Part shown: positions 14,872-23,431 of the stretch, piece by piece
Layout: each line of letters opens with the position of its first letter
Numbering within the stretch: position 1 is the stretch's first letter
Assembly (NCBI GenBank): GCA_964245885.1
Contig: CAXTOX010000007.1
Coordinates: 22,480-46,479 of the forward strand
From: an uncultured Chthoniobacterales bacterium
GTDB taxonomy: Bacteria; Verrucomicrobiota; Verrucomicrobiia; Chthoniobacterales; SZAS-18
Direction: 5' to 3'
DNA: 24,000 bases
Program-made: the position numbers and the translations under genes
Notes under the pieces: generated by a model
Seen by the model: the letters and a program-made list of their open reading frames with translations, nothing else
Databases searched by the model: none
Told to the model about the DNA's origin: nothing

Positions 14872-15654
14872 ATGGAGCCCGACGCCGGCAGCCCCCGTCC
14901 GAATCCCGAACCCACGTCCACCCCACTGCGCCGGGCTGCCGGCGTGCCCGCGCGCAGTCCGCTGGTGCCGGCCCCGGCCGGCAACCGCGTGCGCAGCAGC
15001 CCGGACGTGTTGCCGCCGCGGGCGGGCACGGGCAAGCCGGCCCTGTTGCCGATGGACGCACCCCAGCCCAAGCGCCGGTTCAACCGCGTGGGCATCGCGC
15101 TGGCGGTGGTGATCTGCCTCGGGACAATTCCCTTCACGTACCAGTTCCAGAAGAGCCGGGTGACCCGCAAAAGCCCGGCCGACACGAAAACGGACTACGA
15201 CATCCCCATCGAGAAACGGCAGTTCCGCATGACGCACCTCGAAGGTCTCACGGACAAACAGGCCATCGCACGGTTCGGGCCGCCGTACATCGCGCGGAAC
15301 TACAACATGAACGACGGCGCGTTCGTCGGGCCGGCGGTGGGATTGAAGCGGTTCCTTTCCAGGACGCTGCCGGACTACGAGGCGCGCACCAAGGACGCCG
15401 AGGCGGTGTGGACCTTTCCGCAGTACCAGGTCATCCGCGAGGTCATCTGGCAGTTGCCCGACTCGTACCTGACGGCCTGGATGCGCGAGCCCCGCGCGGA
15501 AATCGACATCAGCGAACATCCCGGGGAGGTCGAACTGCCCACCACCCCGGACGGCGGCGACTGGGTGGTGATCGACAATTTCCGGGTGGGCAAGGATCTC
15601 GTCAAAAACCCGCCCCGCCCGTCGGCGTCCCCGGCGGCGGAGATAACGCACTGA
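14872..15654 (+). CDS. Hypothetical single-pass membrane protein (Pro-rich N-terminus, TM helix, about 170 aa extracytoplasmic domain)
   Basis: This is the 3' part of track ORF 13447-15654; the upstream part is antisense to serA. TM helix is VGIALAVVICLGTIPFTY. The C-terminal domain has balanced, non-shadow composition. The start is either ATG 14872 or ATG 15052. Confidence 0.55.
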   Translation: MEPDAGSPRPNPEPTSTPLRRAAGVPARSPLVPAPAGNRVRSSPDVLPPRAGTGKPALLPMDAPQPKRRFNRVGIALAVVICLGTIPFTYQFQKSRVTRKSPADTKTDYDIPIEKRQFRMTHLEGLTDKQAIARFGPPYIARNYNMNDGAFVGPAVGLKRFLSRTLPDYEARTKDAEAVWTFPQYQVIREVIWQLPDSYLTAWMREPRAEIDISEHPGEVELPTTPDGGDWVVIDNFRVGKDLVKNPPRPSASPAAEITH

Positions 15655-15712
15655 TTGGGTGCCGCAGGCGTCGTCTTAAAGCATTTCTCGCTTGGCTGTA
15701 GAACGGTTCTCC

Positions 15713-15924
15713 CAGCCCCGGCAGGGGCGCAAGCGTTTAGCCCACGGCGCGAGCCGTGGGAAAGCCTGCGGCACCACAAAGCCCCGGCAGGAGCGCAAGA
15801 AAAGACGCAGGCCAGCGGGACCACCGAGCGGGTGTTCTTCCGCCCCTGCCGGGGCTGGGCTGGTGGGTGCTGGTTCCCCACGGCTCACGCCGTGGGCTAA
15901 ACTCTTGCGCCCCTGCCGGGGCTG
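15713..15924. repeat. REP cluster, family 3: nested inverted copies of CAGCCCCGGCAGGGGCGCAAG-N-TTTAGCCCACGGCG-N-GAGCCGTGGG
   Basis: The 48-nt unit at 15713-15760 and its reverse complement at 15877-15924 differ at 2 positions. Partial inverted copies lie at 15780-15799 and 15841-15858. Each full unit holds the hairpin CCCACGGC-nnnn-GCCGTGGG. The cluster sits between convergent genes. Confidence 0.8.
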
Positions 15925-15958
15925 AAAACTCTACGAGCAACCGGAAAACGCTTTAGTC

Positions 15959-17665
15959 TCATTCGTCCGTCGCTTTCTTGACTTCGCCGCTGGTGTCCAC
16001 GTGGACAACCACCTTTTGCCCCGCATCATCTGGGGCATACTGATCTTCCAGCAGAACCGTCTCGGGCGACGCATCGTCCGTCAACCCGGGATGGTATAGG
16101 TAGCCCATCGGCTCGTCCGGGGCGAAGGGCGACACAAAAAGTTTCTTGTCCTCCAGGTACGTCGGGAGCAAGGCATCGAGCGTCGGCGGGAATTTGCCAT
16201 CGTTGTCGGCGGCGTACATCTTGCACGCGAGGGCGATCTGCTTGCCCTGCGCCAGCGACTTGGTCGCCTTGCCCTTTTCCGACACCTTGTTGAAGACCGG
16301 CAGCGCCATTCCCGCCGCCATCGCTACCGGCATCACCACCAGCGGTCCCAGCACCTTGCCCATGCCGGCCGTGCCTTTGTTGACCGTCAGCCAGCCGTTC
16401 TCGACGTGACCCGACACCGTGTAGCTGTCTCCTGGCGCGTCGGAGAATAGAAGCTTCATGAGCCATTCGGTCTGCGGGTCGGACGGGCCTTGCCGGTTGG
16501 CGAGCACCTGTTTTTGCACGTTGCGGACGTTCTCCATGAGGGTGTGCGTCGTCAGGTTGAAGCCGTTGCCCTGGCTCGGCAGCCCGGCGGAAACCTTGGC
16601 GAACGCTGGCGACGCCTTGAAGCCCGCGCTGCCCTTTTGCGCGGCGATCATGTCGCGCAGGAGGCGGTCGTCGGACGCGATCACGAGGAACTTGTCCCAG
16701 CGCGCCACCGTGGGCCGCAGGTCGAAGCCCGGCGCGACCGGGTACGAAGTCGTGCGCATCTTCAGGCCCGGCTCGTCGGTTTTGATGATCCCCGGCATCT
16801 GCCCGACCAGCGCGTCGATCTTGTTGAAAAACTTGTCGTCCTTGACCTCGATGAGCAACGCCAGCCGCCCGGAGGGCACCTTCATCCCGCCCGCGCCGCC
16901 GGCCGGGATGTCAATTTGCTTGGACGGGTCGAGGGTCAGGACGAGGTCGATCTCCTGGCCGAGCGAGGCGAGGAACTCCTCCATGGTCATGCCCGTGCTC
17001 TGCTGGAACTTCTGGAGGTTTTCGGCTTTGCCCTGCTGGAGTTCAGGCACGCCGGATTGGTCGATGCCCTGGAGCACCGCCCGGAGCAACCCGGCCACGT
17101 CGTAGTCGCCGCTGCTGGCCAGCGCGGTGTCGGCGGGCAGGAGGTCGAGGGCCGTCAGATTGTGCGGCGCGGTGCCGAACAGCGTGTTGAGGATCCCAGT
17201 TTCCTTGCCCTTGTCGTGGTGGACGAAGACCGTGTTGCGGTACACGCCGGGTTCGATGGCGAGCGAACTCGCACCCACGCCCGTGATCTGCTCGACGCCA
17301 CTTTTTTTGATGACCGACGTGCCCAGGTCAAAAGCGCGATCCATCTGCTTGCGGTCCTCCGCGGTCATGCTGTCGGTCGGGATCGAGGCGCGCAGCTTGC
17401 CGAGTTGGCCGGAGAGGCCATCAAGCCACTGCGCGGTGCTGAGATAAAGGTAGAGCGCGCCGCCGCGGTCCAGGCGGGCGGTGACCTCGTCGAAGCTGTT
17501 GGGTTCGGTCGAGGCCGGGGAAGCGGGCGAAGAGGGATTGCCCGGCGCGGCGTTCTCGAACTTGGCGGTGTTGGATGGACTCGCACTGCCGCCGGGTCCG
17601 CAGCCGGCGACGAACAGGAGACCGGAGCACAGGAAGGGAACGGCAGAGCGGCGGGGAAAAAACAT
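15959..17665 (-). CDS. Large lipoprotein of unknown function with a C-terminal hydrophobic helix plus pseudopilin-like segment
   Basis: The lipobox is LLFVAGC near the N-terminus. The C-terminal 132 aa contain LVVMPVAMAAGMALPVFNKVSEKGKATKSLAQGKQIALACKMYAADNDGKFP. This resembles the alpha-1 helix and start of the head domain of type II secretion/type IV pilin-like proteins. Confidence 0.65.
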   Translation of the reverse strand: MFFPRRSAVPFLCSGLLFVAGCGPGGSASPSNTAKFENAAPGNPSSPASPASTEPNSFDEVTARLDRGGALYLYLSTAQWLDGLSGQLGKLRASIPTDSMTAEDRKQMDRAFDLGTSVIKKSGVEQITGVGASSLAIEPGVYRNTVFVHHDKGKETGILNTLFGTAPHNLTALDLLPADTALASSGDYDVAGLLRAVLQGIDQSGVPELQQGKAENLQKFQQSTGMTMEEFLASLGQEIDLVLTLDPSKQIDIPAGGAGGMKVPSGRLALLIEVKDDKFFNKIDALVGQMPGIIKTDEPGLKMRTTSYPVAPGFDLRPTVARWDKFLVIASDDRLLRDMIAAQKGSAGFKASPAFAKVSAGLPSQGNGFNLTTHTLMENVRNVQKQVLANRQGPSDPQTEWLMKLLFSDAPGDSYTVSGHVENGWLTVNKGTAGMGKVLGPLVVMPVAMAAGMALPVFNKVSEKGKATKSLAQGKQIALACKMYAADNDGKFPPTLDALLPTYLEDKKLFVSPFAPDEPMGYLYHPGLTDDASPETVLLEDQYAPDDAGQKVVVHVDTSGEVKKATDE

Positions 17666-17761
17666 GCGGGGGATGTTGCCCGAGGCTGGCGGTGCGTGGC
17701 AAGGCGGAAGTTAGTCTCGCGGGCGACCGCGCGCTTCTTGAAGGGAACGCGCAGGTTTAAC

Positions 17762-17867
17762 GCAGAGACACGGAGGCACGGAGGGCCGCAGAGAAGAAAG
17801 GAAGGAGGTTTCTGTTTTCTTCTCCTGCTTGTCTTGTCCTCCGGTCTCCGTGTTCTCCGTGTCTCTG
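17762..17867. repeat. Long imperfect palindrome, REP family 4 (CAGAGACACGGAG-type), in a divergent intergenic region
   Basis: gcagagacacggaggcacggagg (17762-17784) pairs with cctccggtctccgtgttctccgtgtctctg (17838-17867) with a 1-nt indel. Inner complementary parts are agaagaaa/tttcttct. Confidence 0.7.
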
Positions 17868-17930
17868 TATTAAAGTGCCGCGTTCATTGACAATGCGCGT
17901 GGCGCGCTTCTAGCTTCCCGAGGATGCACG

Positions 17931-19427
17931 ATGCTCGCTTCCTCCCTGCCCTGTTCCTCGGCGGTCCAGCCGCGGGTGCTCATTTTCATCGTCGCCTACA
18001 ACGCCAAGACCACCCTGGGCTGGGTGCTCGACCGCATCCCCGCCGCGATGCGCCGGCCGGGCGTCGAGGTGCTCGTCATCGACGATTCCTCGCCCGACAA
18101 CACTTTCCGGACCGGCATCGAATACGTCTCCAGCCGCCGCGACGACAGCGGCATGACGATCAACGTCCTGCGCAATCCTGAGAATCAACGCTACGGCGGC
18201 AACCAGAAGCTCGGCTACCGCTACGCCATCGAAAACGGGTTCGACTTCGTCGCGCTCGTCCACGGCGACGGCCAGTACGCGCCCGAGTGCCTACCCGAAC
18301 TCCTCGCCCCGCTCGTCGCCGGCGAGGCCGACGCGGTGTTCGGCTCGCGCATGATGAACCCCGGCGGCGCGCGCCAGGGCGGGATGCCGCTCTACAAGCT
18401 CGTTGGCAACAGAATCCTGACTTGCTTTCAGAACGCGCTGCTCGGCTCGAACCTCACCGAGTTTCACAGCGGTTACCGGGTATACTCCGTGCGCGCGCTC
18501 CGGCAGGTGCCCTTCGAGGCGAACACGAACGACTTCCACTTCGACACGGAAATCATCATCCAGTTCGTGCTCGCCGGACTGCGCATCAAGGAACTGCCCA
18601 TCCCTACGTACTACGGCGACGAGGAATGCCGGGTCAACGGGATGAAGTACGCCTGGGACGTGTGCAAGACGATGCTGCGCGCCCGCCTCCACGGCATGGA
18701 CCTCTTCTACGACCGCAAGTTCGACGTGCGCGCGCGTTCGTACGAACTCAAGCTCGGCTACCCGTCCTCGCACACGCTGGCGCTCGACGCCGCGATGGCG
18801 GGCGGCGAGGTGCTCAACGTCGGCTGCGGCAAGGCGGACGTGACCCCCGAACTCGCCGCGCGCGGCTGCCGCGTGACCGATCTCGAATGCCAGCCGGCGC
18901 GCGCGGCGGAGTTCCCGGTGGACGTTTCGCGCTTCGACCAAATTTACCTGCTCGACCTGGTGGAGCACCTCTCCGAGCCAGAGCGGTTCATGGAGGAACT
19001 CCGTTTCGCGGCGCGGCGGCACCGGCCGGAAGTCGTCATCACGACGGCCAACGTGGGCTTCTTCGTCACGCGGTTGATGATGCTCTTCGGGCACTTCAAC
19101 TACGGCAAGCGCGGCATCCTCGACCGTTCGCACCGGCGGCTGTTCACCTTCCGCACGCTCAGCACGCTGCTGATCCAATCGGGCTACCGGATCATCGAAA
19201 CCAAGGGGGTGCCTGCCCCCTTCCCGCTGGCGGTGGAAACCGGCTGGCTCGCGCGTGCGTTGCTGCGCGTCAACGCGGCGTTGCTGCGACCGTTCCGGGG
19301 GTTGTTCTCGTACCAGATTTTCGTTCGCGCGCAGGCACTCCCGAGCGTGCAGCATTTACTGGAGCACACCATCGAGAGCAGCGACGCGTTACGCGGACAG
19401 TACGCCGCGACGGCGCGGGCGGATTGA
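17931..19427 (+). CDS. Bifunctional family-2 glycosyltransferase / class I SAM-dependent methyltransferase
   Basis: GT2 N-terminal half: VLIFIVAYNA...VLVIDDSSPDNT...LVHGDGQYAPE. C-terminal half carries the methyltransferase motif I VLNVGCGKADV...GCRVTDLE. Confidence 0.8.
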   Translation: MLASSLPCSSAVQPRVLIFIVAYNAKTTLGWVLDRIPAAMRRPGVEVLVIDDSSPDNTFRTGIEYVSSRRDDSGMTINVLRNPENQRYGGNQKLGYRYAIENGFDFVALVHGDGQYAPECLPELLAPLVAGEADAVFGSRMMNPGGARQGGMPLYKLVGNRILTCFQNALLGSNLTEFHSGYRVYSVRALRQVPFEANTNDFHFDTEIIIQFVLAGLRIKELPIPTYYGDEECRVNGMKYAWDVCKTMLRARLHGMDLFYDRKFDVRARSYELKLGYPSSHTLALDAAMAGGEVLNVGCGKADVTPELAARGCRVTDLECQPARAAEFPVDVSRFDQIYLLDLVEHLSEPERFMEELRFAARRHRPEVVITTANVGFFVTRLMMLFGHFNYGKRGILDRSHRRLFTFRTLSTLLIQSGYRIIETKGVPAPFPLAVETGWLARALLRVNAALLRPFRGLFSYQIFVRAQALPSVQHLLEHTIESSDALRGQYAATARAD

Positions 19428-19445
19428 CCACCTCCCGTTTGCGGT

Positions 19446-19811
19446 ATGAAGCCGATCTGCCTTGCCGCCGTGCTGTTCGCGCTGTCGGTCGCCGCGACGT
19501 TTGCGGAGAAGCCGCCCGAGCCGCCGCGCTACATCGGCGAATGGTCCGACGGGCGCGGGGTGGTCCTCGTCGTCACGGCGAACAAGCTCCGTCTCGGTAG
19601 CCACGCGGCGTCGTTCAAGGAAATTTTTCACTCGCAGGACGAGCGTTTTTTCCGTTTCCAGGTCACCTCCGGCGGGAGTGGCTTTGACGGCAGGTTCATC
19701 CGCATCGAGGTCGGCCGCGAAGAGATGCAAATGCGCGAGTACCGCACGCTGGCGGATTGCCTCAACGACAAACAGGTGGCTGCCGTGGTCGCCTGGTCAC
19801 GAGACCGGTAG
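19446..19811 (+). CDS. Small secreted hypothetical protein
   Basis: Signal peptide MKPICLAAVLFALSVAATFA. 121 aa with balanced composition. It starts 19 nt after the preceding gene. Confidence 0.55.
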   Translation: MKPICLAAVLFALSVAATFAEKPPEPPRYIGEWSDGRGVVLVVTANKLRLGSHAASFKEIFHSQDERFFRFQVTSGGSGFDGRFIRIEVGREEMQMREYRTLADCLNDKQVAAVVAWSRDR

Positions 19812-19815
19812 AGTC

Positions 19816-21996
19816 TCAGCTGGAACGTCTACGGCGCATCACGAACGCCCCCGCTCCCAACGCCACTCCGACCCACACGAACGTCGTCGGCTCCGGCACC
19901 GCCGTCACGTTGAGCGCCAGTTCCGTGCCGGTCAGCGTGAACGTTCCCGCGAACCCGGCCGGCACCGTGCCGAACGCCAGGTTGCCCGTACCAAGTCCGT
20001 TGCTCCCGGCGAAGTCGATCAGGTCAAACGTACCCGTGGAGATGTTGTTGCTGGCAATGTTGAACGTCAACTGGCCCGAACCGGTGAAAGCCAGCGTCCC
20101 CGTTAGCGTGAGGTGGGTCGAGCGCAACTGGTCCGCGCCGATCGTGTAGACGAACGTGGAACCGCCCGCAGCGTTCAGGTTCGCGCCGAGCGTCAGGGTG
20201 CCCGCGCCGTTGTCGCCGGGGGAGAGGGTCGCGCCGGCGGCAAGGGTCACGGTCCCGGCGACGTTGCCCGTGCCCGCGAGCATCCCGCCGCTCAGGACGC
20301 TGACCGCGCCGGTCCCCGTCGCGCTGCCACTGGCCACGGGGGTGTTCGCCGCGAGCGTCGCGCCGTTGTAGATCGTCGTCGCACCCGTGTACGTGCTGGC
20401 CCCGGAGAGGGCCACCCGGCCACCGGAGAAGGTGGTGGTCCCGTTCGCGCCCGTCTGGCCGATCCCGATCTGTACGGTGGCGAAGTTCGACAACGCTCCC
20501 GCGTAGGTGAACGCGTTGCCCGCGCCGGGGGTGATGGTCAACGCGTTGGTGCCGCCCGTGCCGCCGGAGATGCTGCCGTTGATCGACGCGCTGCCGCCGG
20601 TGATGTTCAGTGCGTTGTTGCCCGCGCCCAAGTCGATGGCGACGCCGCTGCTGTCGGCGGTGATCGTGCCCGAGTTGTTGATCGTGTCGTTATCCACGCC
20701 GGTCTGGATCGCCGCCGCCGTCGCGCCGCCGCCTTCGATGGTGCCGCCGGCGAGGTTGTTGATCGTGGAGGTGAACCCGCTCGCCGTCACGGGGGTCGTG
20801 GAGCTGTAGCCAATCGTGATGCCGGAGTTGGTCGTGCCCCGGATCAGGCCGCTGTTGGTGATGACCGTGTTCCCGTACATCGCCGTGATAGGGTTCACGC
20901 TGTCGATGCCGAGGATCGTGATGCCCTTCCCCGTGCCCGTGCCGTTGTTGGTGCCGTTGACCGTGCCCAGGATCGTGCCGGAATTATTGATCGTGCCGCC
21001 GCCGACGGTGACGCCCTCGCTGGTGTCGTTGATCGAGTTGAGCGACTGGATCGTCCCCGTGTTCGTCAGGTTGACAAGACCGTCCACATCCACGCCGTCG
21101 CCATCCTGGGCGGTGTTGGTGCCGTTGAGCGCGGAGCCGTTGCCGGTGATCGTGCCGCGGTTGACGACCGTGGCGACCTCGTTGCCGTTGATGCCGTCGA
21201 TGTTCAGGCCCCCGCCGTTGTCGCCCTGGATCGTAGCGTTGGCGTTGTTGGTGATCGAGATGGTGAAAGTTCCCGTCCCGGTGGTAAGCCCGCCGGTGAT
21301 GCCGTGCCGGCCGCCCTCGATGCTGCCGGTGTTGGTGACCTGCACACCGCTATTCGTCTGCGCGTCGATGCCGTCGCTGGAGGTGCCGCTGGCGTTGTTG
21401 GCCGAGAAGATTTTGCCCCCGGCGTAGTTGGTGACGACGCCGTTGACGCCCGGGCGGATCGCGTCGTTGCCGGTGGCCCGGACGGTGCCGTAATTATAGA
21501 ACGTGTTCGCGCCGGTGGTGATGCTGTTCCAGTCGACAGCCTGCTGCGGGTTGGTGGTCGTGGTGTTGAGGGCCGTGACCGTGCCGTAGTTGGTGAAGGT
21601 GATGGAAGTGCCCGCGCTGCTGGAGCGCACGGCGTCGTTGCCGGCGGTCTGGATGACGCCGCCGGTCTCGTTGGTGATGGACAGGTTTGTGCCGTCGGCC
21701 AGGAGCGCGCGAGGGTTGCCGCTCGCGCCCGCGTTGGTGTTGGCGATCGTCCCGTAGTTGAGCAGTGTCGTGCCGGTGCCGCTGAGGGTCAGCGCCACGC
21801 TGGTGGAAGAAACCGTGATCGAGCCGCTGCCGGTGATCGTGCCCGTGCCGGCGGCCAGCGTCTGGGCGGCGGTCGTCGCGGTGGTTATGGTCGTCTTGTC
21901 CGTCCCACCGTCCCCCGGGCTAAACTGGGCGGAGGACGTGGCGGCACCAACGAGAAACGTGGCGGCGACGGTGAACAGCGGGCGGGACGGGATCAT
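19816..21996 (-). CDS. PEP-CTERM-anchored surface protein with autotransporter-associated beta-strand (PATR-type) repeats
   Basis: N-terminal signal peptide. The body is very Thr/Gly/Asn/Ser-rich and beta-helix-like, with LSGASTYTGATTIYNGATL-type repeats. C-terminus VPEPTTFVWVGVALGAGAFVMRRRRSS is a PEP motif plus TM plus Arg cluster. Confidence 0.85.
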   Translation of the reverse strand: MIPSRPLFTVAATFLVGAATSSAQFSPGDGGTDKTTITTATTAAQTLAAGTGTITGSGSITVSSTSVALTLSGTGTTLLNYGTIANTNAGASGNPRALLADGTNLSITNETGGVIQTAGNDAVRSSSAGTSITFTNYGTVTALNTTTTNPQQAVDWNSITTGANTFYNYGTVRATGNDAIRPGVNGVVTNYAGGKIFSANNASGTSSDGIDAQTNSGVQVTNTGSIEGGRHGITGGLTTGTGTFTISITNNANATIQGDNGGGLNIDGINGNEVATVVNRGTITGNGSALNGTNTAQDGDGVDVDGLVNLTNTGTIQSLNSINDTSEGVTVGGGTINNSGTILGTVNGTNNGTGTGKGITILGIDSVNPITAMYGNTVITNSGLIRGTTNSGITIGYSSTTPVTASGFTSTINNLAGGTIEGGGATAAAIQTGVDNDTINNSGTITADSSGVAIDLGAGNNALNITGGSASINGSISGGTGGTNALTITPGAGNAFTYAGALSNFATVQIGIGQTGANGTTTFSGGRVALSGASTYTGATTIYNGATLAANTPVASGSATGTGAVSVLSGGMLAGTGNVAGTVTLAAGATLSPGDNGAGTLTLGANLNAAGGSTFVYTIGADQLRSTHLTLTGTLAFTGSGQLTFNIASNNISTGTFDLIDFAGSNGLGTGNLAFGTVPAGFAGTFTLTGTELALNVTAVPEPTTFVWVGVALGAGAFVMRRRRSS

Positions 21997-22065
21997 GGGC
22001 GGGCGGAGCGGGGTTCGGTTTGAACCTGAGACCTACGCGACCCCAGTCCCTCGGGGCAAACGGAT

Positions 22066-22088
22066 CAAGTTGACGTTTTCGTCACTTG
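22066..22088 (-). terminator. Imperfect hairpin/palindrome between the GT-C gene and the PEP-CTERM gene (terminator or operator)
   Basis: The minus strand reads CAAGUGACG-AAAA-CGUCAACUUG and is followed by AUCCGUUUG. It lies 33 nt downstream of the GT-C stop and about 70 nt upstream of the PEP-CTERM ATG. The U tract is weak. Confidence 0.35.
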
Positions 22089-22120
22089 ACTCAAGGTAGC
22101 TCCCGGCCTCGCGGCCGAGT

Positions 22121-23431
22121 TCACTTTAGGATCTTCAGCGCGGACAGCAGGTCGGTCGGGACCAGTTCGTAGAGCGGGTATTGCACCGCCAACAGGTAAT
22201 ACTGGTGCAGATCGAACACGCACAGCGCCGCCACCGCTAGGGTCAGGGTCCAGGCGCGCCGTTCGACCCGCGCGCGCATCACCAACGCTCCCAATTGCAT
22301 GGTAGCGAGCGCGCGCAACGGCAGGTCCCAGATCGTCGCGTAGCGCAGGTTCATGCCGTACTTAACGTTGCACATCAGCGCGTAGCTCACCACGACGAAG
22401 CCGACCAGGAACAGCAGCGGCCGGTCGTCGCGCCCGCTCTCCGGCGAGGCGTCCAGCCGGAAGGTCGCTCCCACCGCCAGCAGCAGCACCAGCGGACTCA
22501 TCGTCAGCAGGTCCAGCAGATACCGGTACCACGGGCCGTCGCCGGTCTGGATCGCGTAAGGCAGCGTCAGGTTTTTCGGCACGCCGATCCGGTACACGTC
22601 GACCAGCTCGCGCAGTCCTCCCGCCAGGTTGACGAGCGCCGCCACGCCGATCAGCGGCCCCACGACGGTCAACACCAGCAGGGGTCGGCTCACCACGCCG
22701 AAGCGCAGCCAGCGGTTGAGGACGATCAGCGCCACGACGGCCACCCACACGAAGAACGCGTTCTCCTTGGTCGTGACCATCAGGGCCAGCCCCGCCGCGT
22801 AGGCCGTCAGCCAGCCCTTGTGCGCGGGCTGCCGCAGGCACTCCCACAACGCCCAGAGCGTGCCCAACGCCCAGAACTCGAAAAACCCGTCGACCAGCGC
22901 ATGCTGCGACATGTGGATCTGCAACGGGGAAAACGCCATCAACGCGAACGTCCCGAGTGCCAGCCGCCGGTCAGGCAGCAGCCGCCGCGCGATCAACCCC
23001 GCCAGCCCCAGCGTCAGGACGCTGAACAGCCGCGACACCGCCCGGAAGGATTCCAGTTCGCCGCCACCGAAAACGCCGTGCCACAGCCAGGCGGCGAAGA
23101 TGTACAGGAACCGCGTCGGCGGCAGCACGGAGCCGACCAGTTTGACCTGCTCGATCTTGTAAAGCTCCACGATGTCTGCGTAGCCGCCGAGGCCGACCTG
23201 CAAGAGCTGCCGGAGGTAATGGACGTAGTACGCCTCGTCGAAACCCAACCTTGTATACGCCGCCCACGGGCAGACCCGCAGGGCGATGCCCGCGGCGGCG
23301 ATCACCAATGCGAGCAGCGTGCCCGGACGCCACAGGCCGTCGAGCAGACGCGAAGCGGGTTTGCCCGCGCGCTCGCGGACAGGCACGGCGGCGGGCGGTG
23401 GGGCGACCAGGGCGAGTTTCAGTTCGTTCAT
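22121..23431 (-). CDS. Polytopic GT-C-fold glycosyltransferase (ArnT/PMT, GT39/GT83-like)
   Basis: 436 aa with more than 10 predicted TM helices. The first extracytoplasmic loop carries GFDEAYYVHY, a DE motif characteristic of lipid-carrier-dependent GT-C enzymes. The start overlaps the stop of the upstream TPR gene. Confidence 0.7.
   Translation of the reverse strand: MNELKLALVAPPPAAVPVRERAGKPASRLLDGLWRPGTLLALVIAAAGIALRVCPWAAYTRLGFDEAYYVHYLRQLLQVGLGGYADIVELYKIEQVKLVGSVLPPTRFLYIFAAWLWHGVFGGGELESFRAVSRLFSVLTLGLAGLIARRLLPDRRLALGTFALMAFSPLQIHMSQHALVDGFFEFWALGTLWALWECLRQPAHKGWLTAYAAGLALMVTTKENAFFVWVAVVALIVLNRWLRFGVVSRPLLVLTVVGPLIGVAALVNLAGGLRELVDVYRIGVPKNLTLPYAIQTGDGPWYRYLLDLLTMSPLVLLLAVGATFRLDASPESGRDDRPLLFLVGFVVVSYALMCNVKYGMNLRYATIWDLPLRALATMQLGALVMRARVERRAWTLTLAVAALCVFDLHQYYLLAVQYPLYELVPTDLLSALKILK

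Noticed and set aside
431-17867. Possibility that the repeated palindromes represent a CRISPR array or MITEs/IS elements
   Set aside because: The repeats are inverted rather than regularly spaced direct repeats. They belong to several unrelated families scattered across separate intergenic regions. There are no cas or transposase genes, and I could see no target-site duplications. REP/BIME-like is the more economical description.
20113-22023. 636 aa + strand ORF, and the 19462-20149, 20507-21427 (+) ORFs
   Set aside because: They are antisense to the PEP-CTERM gene. Their compositions (Arg/Gly/Asp/Ala or Pro/Val/Leu runs) simply mirror the Thr/Gly/Asn repeats of the real gene.
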